64,000 nt of DNA from Trichosphaerium sp. ATCC 40318 (lineage: Eukaryota > Protista > Tubulinea): the NCBI GenBank assembly GCA_038496445.1, contig JALMLS010000156.1:1-64000 (forward strand), given 5' to 3'. Both the position numbers and the translations under genes were made by a program. Of this stretch, positions 52,569 to 64,000 are shown one piece after another (the first letter of the stretch is position 1; every line of letters begins with the position of its first letter). Under the pieces are notes generated by a model. It was given only the letters and a program-made list of their open reading frames with translations. It did no database searches and was not told the DNA's origin.

Positions 52569-54932
52569 ATGAAGGTGCAGTGTCTTCTTGTGGTCGTTTT
52601 ATTTTTGGCGTGCTCTTTGGCGTTATCAAGGAATGTACTTAAAATGTCGCCTACACGTGATATAGGACTATATGATAGCCTAAAGACTGATGGATATGAT
52701 GGTAAGCGTCCATAACAACGAAATAATTACGAGCTCTAACAATGTAGCTTTATCTCGCTTGGGCCAACCGAACGACGTCTACGTCATCGCTACCGACGAA
52801 GAACTCGACTCAATTATGAAGTGAGTACACTTTTTCTGTTTTTTGGTATCTTTTTGTCTAAATCACATGTTACGCATCTTTCCACGTGATACAAAAACCC
52901 CAAGCAACCACTCAGAAAGTTGAAGATACTTTTCGAAAAAAAAAGAAATACTTTCTACCACTTTTTCTTTTTTGTTTTTACTCGGCTTTTAGGAAGCACT
53001 GGGACGTGCCAAGTAGCTTGATTCAAAGCACTTCAAAGAACTTTAGTCTACCAGAAGCTGATGATATTGGACTACCAATGGCTGTTCCTTCAGGTAAGCG
53101 CTGAGTGATCCAAGTAATGTGATTTGTGGATAGGTTACAGAGATTTGGCAGAAATAAATACCCTTTTGGAAAAGTACCACAACGTTCGTGTTCTTTTTTC
53201 ATGCATCTCCTTTTCTTTTGTTTTATTCGGAAACTAGGATTATCCTTCAATCACGAAGTTAGTTGATATTGCCGCTGAGTATGGTGCAGGCCCAACCTAT
53301 GAAGGTAAAACTATTTTAAAATGTGATTCTGAGAAAGTATTACATCCATCTTTCTACTCATGTTGACTTGTTTTAGGTCGTGCTATTATGGGATTGATGA
53401 TATCTGATAACCCGAACGTCATAGAACCAGAACCAACCTACATCATACTAAGCACTGAACACTCAAGGTTGATATTTGTGAGTTGTTGATTATTGAGTTT
53501 TTGTTTAGAGAGATCTGCACTCCTGAAGTTGCGTTGGATACAATCGAAAGAGTATGCCTTAATCTAATTGTGTTACTTTCTAATTAAGCTTTTATAGCTT
53601 CTAAATGGATACTCTACTGACTCTTCGATTAAAACATTGGTCGATGAGACGCAGATATGGGTTTTACCAATAGTAAACCCAGATGGGTAAATATTTCGAT
53701 TGTATTGATCTTTTGATCTTCTGATGATTTACCTTAGATACTCTTATGTTTTCACTACTTACAATTTATGGCGTAAGAACAGGCGTCCTATTGGCTCTTC
53801 ATTTGGTGTAAGATATACTTTATAATCTAAAAATAATAGTAACCATTTACAGGTGGATCTAAATAGAAATGCTAAAATGGGATGGTCAGCATCTTGCAGT
53901 GGTTCTTCGAATCCAAGCTCTGACACTTACAAAGGTACGTATATTACGTTTATTCTTTTGTAACTGTTCGATAGGACCTGAGCCAATGTCAGAACAAGAA
54001 ACTAAAGCCATATTTGGTCTTGCAGATGAATACGGTACAAGAACATTTCTTTCTTTTTTTTTCTTCTGATGTGCATTTAAGGTATTGCTAAATACCTTGA
54101 GTTTCATCAATATGGTCAAGAGCAATTGTTTGCATATAGCTGTTCCCCTATGGCTACAAACTGGCGTAATTACCTAACAGCAGATGCAAACGCTCTCGCG
54201 TACGTCAAAGAAAGCCCTCTGAGGAACAATCAAATACTGAAATGTTGTATGTTAGACAAGCTGCTACGCCTGCGTACAGACTTCGTTCTCCTTCGGCTGA
54301 TGGAGAGATATTCCAACAGTTTCTTCAAGATTACACGAGCTATGCTTCACTTACAGAGCTTGGTAAGTCCTAAAACCTCCCCAATGTTTTAAGTTCTTAT
54401 TCTAATTGTTTTTAGCAACGTCTGGTTTTCAACCTTCTTACTCTGCTTGCCAAAGTATGTCTTGAATATTCTCTTTTCTTTTATTGTAGAGCTGAAGTGG
54501 GGTTACTTTCTTACCGAATTATAGATGTTGTTGGTGGAGTAAGAGGCATGATAGATTTGTATTTTAAAACACCAGAATCTGTTTCTGGATTTGTTACAAA
54601 CAGTGCTGGTTCACCAATAGTTGCTGATATTGATATCGATAAGATTAATTTCCAATCTGGTGAAGTACGTAAAAGCCATGCTAGATTTGGTCGCTATGAT
54701 TTATTCTTGGCCGCTGGTACGCGCAAACAGAAAAAAAAAACCCATCAGATGTTTTTTCTCATTTTTTTCTGTTCGTTTTCTCTTTGTTTGTTTATGTGTT
54801 TGTTCATTGAGTATTTTATTAGATACATACAGACTATCATTCAGTGCACCTGGATATAACCCTGTATTTCAAACTGTGGTTGTCACAGAAGGTCAAACTG
54901 TACAACTGAATGTTATCTTGTCGTCTGTGTAA
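52569..54932 (+). CDS. Secreted M14 zinc carboxypeptidase with a C-terminal beta-sandwich domain
   Basis: EHSRE (HxxE), VNPDG, WRKNRR, GVDLNRN, YKGPEPMSEQET, FHQYG. Confidence 0.92.
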
Positions 54933-55140
54933 TAAAGCTCACAAAGCATCCTTAATCACTTCATAATGCTGTATGTATGCTTGTATGTTTAGCTTGGCTT
55001 TATTGAAGCAACAGTCAATCATAAACAACAAAGCCAGAATGTCTATTGTCACTCACGGGTTTATTAATACCTCCCATTTTGTTAGAGAATTGTGGCACAA
55101 GTCCACGTTTTTCTTTGACCTAAGTACACGTTTGTACGAA

Positions 55141-56102
55141 ATGGAAGATAAGAACGCCACCATACAGGTATCTTCATAATTCGCAAGCGAACACCTTTTA
55201 CAGAGTCTAACTACGCAAAAGAGCTGCCACCTGAGGTGTGGGATGCGATACTGTCTTATTTAAAGAATATTGGTGATTTTAGAGCGTTTGCGTGTTCATC
55301 ACTACAATTTAACGCTTTGGTGGACGCCTCAGCCTTCAAACCATCTGCCTACGCTAACCTCATAATACACAACTCGATTAAACATGACCACGTGAAAAAA
55401 CTTGAACAATACATACATCTCTACGACCCACATTTGGATGGCTTTGAAAGAGATGGTGGAAAATCTTATGGTTGGAAACTTATTTTCAGATCAGGCTATA
55501 AAGATATTGAGCTTGTAATTAAACATAATGATACACTCAGAGATGTCCGTGAACAAATGTGTCTTAAAGTTGGTAAAGAAGAGGTGGTACTTGTATGGGC
55601 TGGTAGAAAGATTGAATCAGGGGCAAGGTGGCATTCTGGCCCTGTAACAGAAGATTCTACAATGGGTGAGTTGAATCCTGGTGTTAGAGAAGGATTTCCG
55701 CCAATATATTATTTTGCAAAGCAAGGAGCACAGCTTCTATCCAAAGACAAGAAAGAAAACCAAGGCAAGTTTTTTTTTTCTTTGTTTTTTTTTTGGCTCT
55801 TGCGACACCCTTGATGTCCAACAAATAGTATCATCAAGGGATAGTAGTTGAGGCAATATATTATAATGTACACTAACACCTTTACAGTTTTTAAACGTTG
55901 GTCAAAACAACCTGGCAGACAAGAAAAATATAGGGTGTTTTCTGCATATCAATACTTGTTAATGAGGGCTGTAGATTGTAAAAGTCCCAATGCTGCCAGG
56001 CTATTGCTTAACAGTAATAATTTAACAGACAAGGAAAGAGAGGAAATGAGAACTTGGTTGGAACATGAGAAGAATACTTTTTCTTGTAACTTGGTACTCT
56101 AG
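55141..56102 (+). CDS. F-box plus ubiquitin-like domain protein
   Basis: ELPPEVWDAILSYL (F-box); IELVIKHNDTLRDVREQ..VLVWAGRKI..EDSTMGEL (Ubl-like); GC-AG intron 55765-55887. Confidence 0.6.
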
Positions 56103-56806
56103 CAAGTAATTACTGATTATGTAGTATCGTTGCAACTCTTTGTTAAGGAGAGAAATTTTCTAATGTTATTACAGCTATCTTATTTGTTATGGAGTAGAGT
56201 ATTTCTTTGGAGTATGTAATGATTATTGCTATCGTTAGTGTAGGTGGTGTTCCAGTTATTTTGTGCTTGTTCGTTTTCTTCCAGCAACGCAGTTTCTATT
56301 GCCTTTGTACCGTGTTATTCCAGGTCTCTGACGTTTAATTTGGCTTGTAGTGTTTACATGTAATTGGACCTTTTTTATTCCCTTTCGGCTCTTTGATGTC
56401 TTCTTTGGTTTTCTTTGGCGTTTACACCTGGTAAAATACTTTGGTCAAGCATCGAATGACATTGAAATTTGTAGTCTCGCTTAAGGTACAATGTGCATGT
56501 GATATGTACACATTGCTGATGGCTTGTACTGTATGCTAAGTTTTGAAGGAGCGATGAAAGAATACGAAAGGCGTTAGACAATTTAGTAGCACGTGTTTTG
56601 TGACTCCTGTTGACCTAAAAAAAATAGCTATTGAGTCACATCGTTAGAAACGCTGAATACAATGGCAGTGAGGCGTAAAGTACATGTAAGCTTGCTGGAG
56701 ATTTTGTTTTACATTAAATAAATTTAACGCCATTTTAGAGGACAGATAACCAAATACAGGATCGAAATAGCTTACTTGAGCTTCCCCGGAACTACAACTG
56801 GAAATT

Positions 56807-57742
56807 ATGGAATCAGATAGCGAAGCGTACATAAAGTGGCCGTTATTATCAAAGCAAGCATCGGTATGCTCAAGGTTTGATAGTGATCTTAAAAAACAAG
56901 GTAAATGGTTGAAATACAATGATAGTAAAATAGTGACTCAACGATCTTATTCTCATGGACTCAGAGAAGGTATCACTAAAACTTGGCGAACAAGCGGTAT
57001 GCCAATAAGAGAGTATAATTACGCGAATAATAAGCTGGATGGAGAGTACAAGAGATGGTCAAAAAAAGGGGTCTTGAATGAACATTTGTTTTACAAGAAT
57101 GGAAAGAAACATGGAGAAAGTAAGATGTTCGATGATTATGGTAATGTCCTTGAGCATTGTTTTTATAATGAGGATGAACTACACGGAGAATATAAACAGT
57201 GGCATGGTAACGGCCAATTAAAACATCATTGCCATTATGATAACGGCGAGTACAATGGTGAAAGAAAACTATGGTTTAGGAATAGTCAACTGAAGAGTCA
57301 ATGTACTTACATAGACGGAAAGATCCATGGAGTAAAAAAAGAGTGGCATTATAATGGCCAATTACTATCCCAATATATATATATGAATGGCTTGGTAGAA
57401 GGAGAGAAAAAGGAGTTCCATAAAACTGGAAAATTGAAATCCAAAGTTTTGTTCAGAAATGGTTTAAAAGAAGGTGAAGAGAACACTTGGCATGAGAATG
57501 GTCAGCTAGCGAGTCAGTGTTTTTATTCAAAAGGTAATAAAATAAAAGGTGAGACAGGATGGCATACTAATGGCACAAAGATGTATTACTGCGGTTATGT
57601 CAATAACAAGAAGGAAGGAGAAGAAAAATGTTGGTATTCAAATGGCAAATTACAAAGTCGATGTTTTTATATTAACAACAAGCAACAAGGAGATAGAACA
57701 GTTTGGTTTTCTAATGGACAGATATCAAGTCGCAGGGTATAG
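56807..57742 (+). CDS. Intronless MORN-variant (YwqK-like) repeat protein
   Basis: About 11 repeats of 24 aa, consensus GExKxWHxNGQLxxxCxYxNGxx. Confidence 0.85.
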   Translation: MESDSEAYIKWPLLSKQASVCSRFDSDLKKQGKWLKYNDSKIVTQRSYSHGLREGITKTWRTSGMPIREYNYANNKLDGEYKRWSKKGVLNEHLFYKNGKKHGESKMFDDYGNVLEHCFYNEDELHGEYKQWHGNGQLKHHCHYDNGEYNGERKLWFRNSQLKSQCTYIDGKIHGVKKEWHYNGQLLSQYIYMNGLVEGEKKEFHKTGKLKSKVLFRNGLKEGEENTWHENGQLASQCFYSKGNKIKGETGWHTNGTKMYYCGYVNNKKEGEEKCWYSNGKLQSRCFYINNKQQGDRTVWFSNGQISSRRV

Positions 57743-58380
57743 CATGTTTTATTCCTTTATCCATACATGTCATTACAATTGAAGTATGTATGAGAAACAA
57801 TCAAATTGTTTTAAGTTTCTTCAAACAAAACCAACAATACAATAGTACCTACTATGTAGAACAATGTAACACTATTTAATTAACATTGAGAATAAACTAC
57901 AAACCATTCATTGAGCCACTTATTGTAAATTAGGAAACTGCTAAAGACAAGTACGTTTTTTCAACACCTTGATAAGTGGATTGTTGATAAAAAAGACTAA
58001 CGATAATCCCATTTTTTATTTGGTCATTGCTCATAACCCAAACCATCTCCATTACTCATAGCATATAGCTACAATAAATGAATATCAATGCCACTGAAGA
58101 GAAAAACTCCAGATGAATGTATTACTCTACTTATCCAACTGATGTTACTGGGTGGCTGTTGTTCCAAAAACAAGAACACATTTACAACACTAGCCTAAGA
58201 AAGTGTTTAGAGATAATGTTTATTGGGCAAAGATCGAAAGTAAGCAGTAAGCAGTTTATTTTCTACTTTAACAGTAGTTTACAGTTGCAAACTGATCTCA
58301 TGGCTTTATCTGTAATTGAAATACCATCAATAACAACAATATGGAAACCTCGATAGCATAAAGAGCACATGTGTTATTGT

Positions 58381-59346
58381 TTAATAATAGACACTAAGGA
58401 TAACAGTATTGGCGTGTTTCAGACCTTCATCTGTAACCAAAGTATCAGTAAGATCAATGGTATGGACACCTGTCAGCGATTTGATACCTTCATCAGTAAC
58501 TGAAGTACCACGAAGATAAACGGTATGAACGCCTTTGAGGTATTTGAGACCTTCATCTGTAATTGAAGTACCATTAAGATTAATGGTATGGACACCTGTT
58601 AGCGATTTGAGACCATTGTCAGTAACTGAAGTACCATCAAGCTCAATGGTATGAACACCTTCCAGTGCTTGGAGGCCTTCATCTGTTATTGTAGTATAAG
58701 CAAGATCAATGGTATGGACTCCTTTGAGTGCTTGGAGACCTTCATCTGTTATTGTAGTGACTCTAAAGAGATCAATGTTATGGACACCTTGAGTGCTTTA
58801 AGGCCTTCATTTGTTATGCCAGTATCACCAAGATTAATGGTATGAACGCCTGCAAGTTCTTTGAGGCCTTCATCTGTTATTCCAGTTCCAGACAGATTAA
58901 CGGAATGTATTCCTCTGAGCGCTTTAATACCATCATCACTCACATTTGCACATCTCCCAATGTTGAGAGTATGAACACCTGCAAGTCCAATAGCCTTGAG
59001 ATCGCTATCGTTTATTTCAATTAGAGAGTTTTGTGATGTTTGTATATGGCGACATCCTGCCAGCAAAGAATACAATGTGTTGTTCATAGATGAATCTAAG
59101 GCAATGGTGGTATTGTTGACAATGCCTTTGTATTTGAGAATCTTTAAAATATCAGGAACACACTTTATACGAATAAATTCATATCCAACAACATCGTGAA
59201 TGAGATCAGACATCAAACGACATGATTGAGCAACACAAAATCTTGACTTTACATCTGTACAACTAAGAATATGATACGCAATAATCTCATTTGGCAAATC
59301 AACAAAGTTCAACTTGTTAGATACTGTTTGGGCTCTGTGAGCTCAT
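58381..59346 (-). pseudogene. Intronless F-box plus about 9 LRRs of 21-22 aa (GVHTIxLxGTxITDEGLKxL), two apparent frameshifts
   Basis: DLPNEIIAYHIL F-box; 1-nt deletion at about 58790, after which the repeats continue in another frame to TAA at 58381; ATG 59346 is 1 nt out of frame. Confidence 0.75.
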
Positions 59347-59378
59347 ATTTAGAAAAAAACCTGAAGTGAAAGTCTGAC

Positions 59379-59654
59379 TTACTCTCTTTTGTACTTGCGT
59401 TTCGTTGGCACCTCTCTGTCTATTGGATTCTGTTCTACATACTCATTACTTGCTTCTGAGACGATATCCACGTGTTTGAAGAGAGCTTCATCAAATTTTC
59501 GCATGAGACTTTTATTTGTATCGAATATAATACTGTCAAGTTGTTTAATCAACGTTTCTGTTTGTTTATCTTCTTTAATTTTACTGAACGCTTCTGGGTG
59601 GTGTTTGCGATAGTATGTTAATGCTTGATCTATTGTAACTCCTGGGAAGTCCAT
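59379..59654 (-). CDS. Small intronless hypothetical protein with a basic C-terminus
   Basis: 91-aa ATG-initiated ORF ending KRKYKRE. Confidence 0.55.
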   Translation of the reverse strand: MDFPGVTIDQALTYYRKHHPEAFSKIKEDKQTETLIKQLDSIIFDTNKSLMRKFDEALFKHVDIVSEASNEYVEQNPIDREVPTKRKYKRE

Positions 59655-60135
59655 TTATTAGTTCACGTGTCGTCACTTTATTTTATTTCGGCATTTACTT
59701 TTTTACCAAAGTCAAAATAAAGTCATGTCTATTGTCATTTTTTGGATCTCCAAACATTGCTACAGTCTCAAAGCGTGAACTTGTTCCCTCAGCGAGCTAC
59801 ACGCACATGGGATTATCTTCAAACACCATGATCATGCCAATGGGTCAGATACAGCTATGGTACAAACAGAGATGACTGATGGTGATACAACTCTTTAAGT
59901 GCACCAATACACCTGTGCTACACAAATACTGGAAGAAATACAAAATAAAGGAGCTATTGTGATTGTATCTAAACCAGACTGGAATGTTTAGAGTACAGCA
60001 ATAAACTAAAACATGCTCGGTATTGTATATGAGTTTATTAATAAACGACAAGGGTTCTCCTCATTCTTAGAAAATGAAAATCCACAAGTTAATATTTTGG
60101 TATTAAGCCGAGTTGTAACGTCTTTCTCGTCACTA

Positions 60136-62470
60136 TTAAGCTTTTGCCAGATATATTTTAATTTCCCTTAAAGCTTGTTTATAGTTTCCGTCAACAATAT
60201 TCAATTCACTATTTATAATTCCAAGCCATCCATCAGGTATACTTGATTCATCTTTAATAGTTTTTGATAATTTGATATTACCAATTATTTCAATTTCTTG
60301 AATGTACTTCAAATCACGAAGGAAATCTGAGATATCTTTTGGTGTCTTGAACCCAAGCTTCTGTAACTTTATGCGTCTTATATTCAAACCACGCAAATCA
60401 TCTAAAGATATACCCTAAAAATGAGAGACATCAGATGAGGAACAAAATGAAGGTACAAAAAAACCTGATTAAGAAAGGGAAACGGATTAAATTGTTTTTT
60501 GACTTACGCTTGTTCCAAGAATTGTAAGGGATTCTAAGTTCGGTAATGAATCCCTTAGTATACTTCCAATATCACCATGCCTAGTTAAGATATGTAAGTT
60601 AATAAAACTCAAAACTGAAGCTGTTACAAAGTTGCTTTTTTTTTGGAAATCAGTCACTTAAGTGAAGTTGTGATATCTATTCACGTACAATCCATCAACA
60701 TCTTCTAAGGTCAGATGTGTTATGTTAACAAAGCTTTCATTCATTAAGAATGTAAGTTGCTCAATATAGCAAGACTTGATGCTCAGATGTGTGAGTGTTG
60801 GAACTTTTGCTAACTTTAATCCTGCCCAAGGGAAATCATGGTTTATCTCAGCTGGATATGTCTTTAGGCGCCAATCACTAAAAACGCAAAGTAAGAATCA
60901 TGGCGGAAACACATAAGCATCATATAAATGAGTTTGTACAAACGCTGCTTTGGTATTTTGAAACAAAAAGTTAACCGATAAAAGAACAGTTTGGAAGAAA
61001 TGTATAAAGAGCATGAAGTACCTTATGTATAAATGGGTCAAGTTTGGTGGTAAATACATCTGATCAATATCAGGCTTTGCTAGAAATTAAAGCCCGTGAG
61101 TTCAAATTACAGAGTAATCTCGAACAGAAAAAAAAAAAGAAAGCAGTTTGGTTTTTATTTGCACCTTTCAACACTTTCGTTTAGTTTTTCTTGTGTTGTC
61201 GACAAAATACATACCTCGTTTGCCTATAGGTTCAAGTACAAGCTTCTTTAACTTTGGATAAGACATCCAGTGAGATTTTTCCTTACAGAACCATAGATTC
61301 GTTGATTTATAAACAACAGTTTCAAGGTTAACAAGACCTTTCATAGCACTCACGATTTTCTCAAATCTTGAATACCTATGAACATCTAGACCGAAGCTAA
61401 AGAATAATAAACAAAAGGAGATAGCATATACTTATTTAAAGAGTTTGAAATCGCGTACTCTAAGTACTCAAGCTTAGGTAAAATTAAATCAAATTTCTCA
61501 TCTGAAATAAAAAGTCCAGTAACTCGTTTCAAGTTTGGTAAGTCATTTAAGTTCTTAAAGTACACAGGTTTGCCATCCTTTTGAACAATATCAAGCTGCT
61601 CCAATGTAGCAGGAAATTTTGCAAAAGTCAAGACAGTATCAGAAGCGCTAATGAGTACTCTCTAAAGATTAAAAAAAACATTAACAAAAAGTTGTTGGAA
61701 ACCCAGTCATGAGAAAAACATCACTTTGTGTACATGGAAGATAGCATCAATTATGTCAAGTTTAAAATAAAAATGTGTGCTGTTTGTTGGTTGGTTGTAT
61801 AACGTACCTTCAAAGAAGGAAACTTCTCTATCCAGTCATATTTGTTCTCGCCTTTATCATCAAAAAAAGGTAAATAAAGCTCTTCTAAACCATTCAGTAA
61901 TGTCAGATGGCGTAATTCTACTTCTTGATCTTCATCTGCTGTAGGTTTTTCTGTCCATTTTTGTCCGAGCACGTGACAACCTGACCAAAAGTATTTTTAA
62001 TACCAACAAAATAAAATTGCTCTAGAAGCCATTTTATGCGTACTTCGTAGCGTGTCGATTGTTGCGAGCGATTTCATGTCTTTTTCGGCTCTACCTTGTT
62101 GAATGTACAGAGAGATGTCTGTGATGTTTGGATAACAAGCGGTGACTACTATTAAACCAATTTTAGCTCGATTCCAAGCGTAAGAGAACAGTTTGAGACA
62201 TATTTTGTTTATACTGTATCAAAAGCTATTTTTCACGTTTCATACGCACGTACATGATATATCCGGTGCATTTGGGTTTATGTTGATGTGTTTGGTGTTA
62301 TTCGAGACGGATGATTTAAATCTCTTCGAAATTTGCCTCAACGACGGTTTGTAACAGTATTGCAGGCAAAGCGCTAGTAATTCGTCTGTAATTTTATCAA
62401 ACACCGCGAAAGAGCCTCTTGACGATTCATCGCCACTTGGATCATCGGTTTTTTGGCGTTTCGAGTTCAT
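60136..62470 (-). CDS. Multi-exon F-box/LRR-like protein
   Basis: FDKITDELLALCLQY..SLRQISKRF (F-box-like); LRR-like LEELYLP, LPNLKRV, YPKLKKLVL. Confidence 0.65.
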
Positions 62471-63246
62471 TCTCCAGCAAATGTCAGAACGCACCCTTTT
62501 TTGACAGTCAAAAAAGCAAGATTTTGACTTTTTTTAAAAATGGTCAGTTTTCTGTTTGAACTTCTCGCTAAAGTCTACCTCTTTTCACCCAAATCACAAA
62601 CACTTAGTGTTGTACAGAATAATTGTTTAGGATTTATTAGCACTTGGTAGCATTACATGATGTTGTTCCCATTTTTCCGGTATCCAATGACACGGTATCT
62701 TTTTATGAATGACCCAACTGGATAATATATCATACTGATCTTTTTCTTGCAGCGTATGTTGTTGGCCACTAAGGCTACAGTCCCAATTCAATCAACAAGA
62801 TTCAGATTCAAACTGGTGTAGTTATATACCTCGTCACAGAGGCTAGATTCAAACGAAGCTTCGTTTGTTGCTATCAACTCCATTCTTACATACTTTTAAA
62901 ATGTGTCGGATTGACGCATTCGAATTTCTTGAACGAGCCGGACATTCAGCTCCTGTCCAAATTCTTCTGTGCTTGATCTAAAATCTATTGCTACTGATTC
63001 TATTTGCGACTGAGTTTCACTGAATAGGATCTGCCACATTTAAATTCAGGGACTTCTGAAAAGTTGTGGAGGCTTCTTTTGAGTAGACTTTCTCTATCCT
63101 GCGAGTACTCATACCACACGTGATGATGTGAGCTACCTAGTGTTTCTCCTTACATCACGGTCATTCTTATACTTTAGATGGTAATTTTCAATAAAAAACA
63201 GACAAAAAGCATTGAAACAAAATATTTAGTGAACGAACACCGCTCC

Positions 63247-64000
63247 ATGGAGGACTTTAGTTTATCCGCAAATACTAAAGATGCTAAAAGGTAAGTACTC
63301 AGCAGCTTGTTTTGCTGTTTTTATAACCTTGAGAATAAATTCTTCTCTTGGACGCTCAAATACGCTTTAATATGAGTGATTAGTAACTAATCGAGGTGTA
63401 GGATGGTTTACCACATTAAATTAACAACAACCCTTCACGAAGCCCTTTTAGGATCTCCTACAGAAACACCTACGTTGTGTTTCACCACCAAGGATGAAGC
63501 TGTGCGTTTTCTTTTTGATTTACCAGCGTACCAACAATGCCTTGTTTAGCAATTTACTATGCAAAATGGACATAAATACATCATAGATATCAAGGAAGAG
63601 CAAAAACCACACCATATATTCCTTAATAATGAATCAGGCTTCGTTCGAGCTGGTAAGTTTTTAGCTATGTGTATACAAGCGCTTTCGAAACGTCGATTTA
63701 ATGTCAAAAGCTTATTGTTATTCGAAGGCATTGTGAAATCTAAGCTGTCAGTGCGACCACGTCTTACAGAGAGTATGTGCAAGCGCATTGGCCAAAAGAC
63801 GCGTGAAGCAGAGCGTGCTCGTGAAGGAAAGCATAGAACATCTGTAATAGACGACACAAGCAGTAGAAAACGCGGATCATCCTCAACACGAGTTTCTGGA
63901 CAAGGTATTAAACAAAAGCAAAGCATTTTACATTTTTTCTGACACTTTGTGGTTTTATGCTGACAACCCGCTTAGCTTCACGAAAAGCGCTAAAAGCGCG
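63247..64000 (+). CDS. 5' part of a possible ELL-family RNA polymerase II elongation factor (runs off the window)
   Basis: Spliced frame VYHIKLT..GIVKSKLSVRPRLTESMCKRIGQKTREAERARE..RTSVID resembles the ELL N-terminal domain. Confidence 0.45.

Overview
AT-rich (roughly one-third GC), gene-dense eukaryotic nuclear DNA with many short spliceosomal introns. The gene content (Zn2Cys6 factor, GH19, bacterial-type proteases, F-box/LRR and MORN-variant genes) suggests a free-living phagotrophic protist, probably an amoeba (inference). About 30 genes were reconstructed by hand-splicing, including Rab6, ABCE1, WDR18/Ipi3, MRPL20, an SDR, an M14 carboxypeptidase, a profilin-like gene, a C2-LRR gene and an ELL-like gene at the right edge. 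Most unusual: (1) a single spliced gene joining RCC1 repeats, two chromodomains and a BAH domain; (2) a tandem pair of intronless genes with a repeat domain fused to a ParB-like domain; (3) about 8-fold enrichment of CACGTG, often inside introns; (4) a textbook U12-type intron next to a 13-nt micro-exon encoding Rab6 switch II; (5) an N-myristoylated, non-prenylated Rab1-like protein with a degenerate G3 motif; (6) an intronless, giant-virus-like MORN/F-box-LRR block; (7) several orphan duplicated gene fragments. All exon boundaries and family calls come from manual reading; no searches were run.
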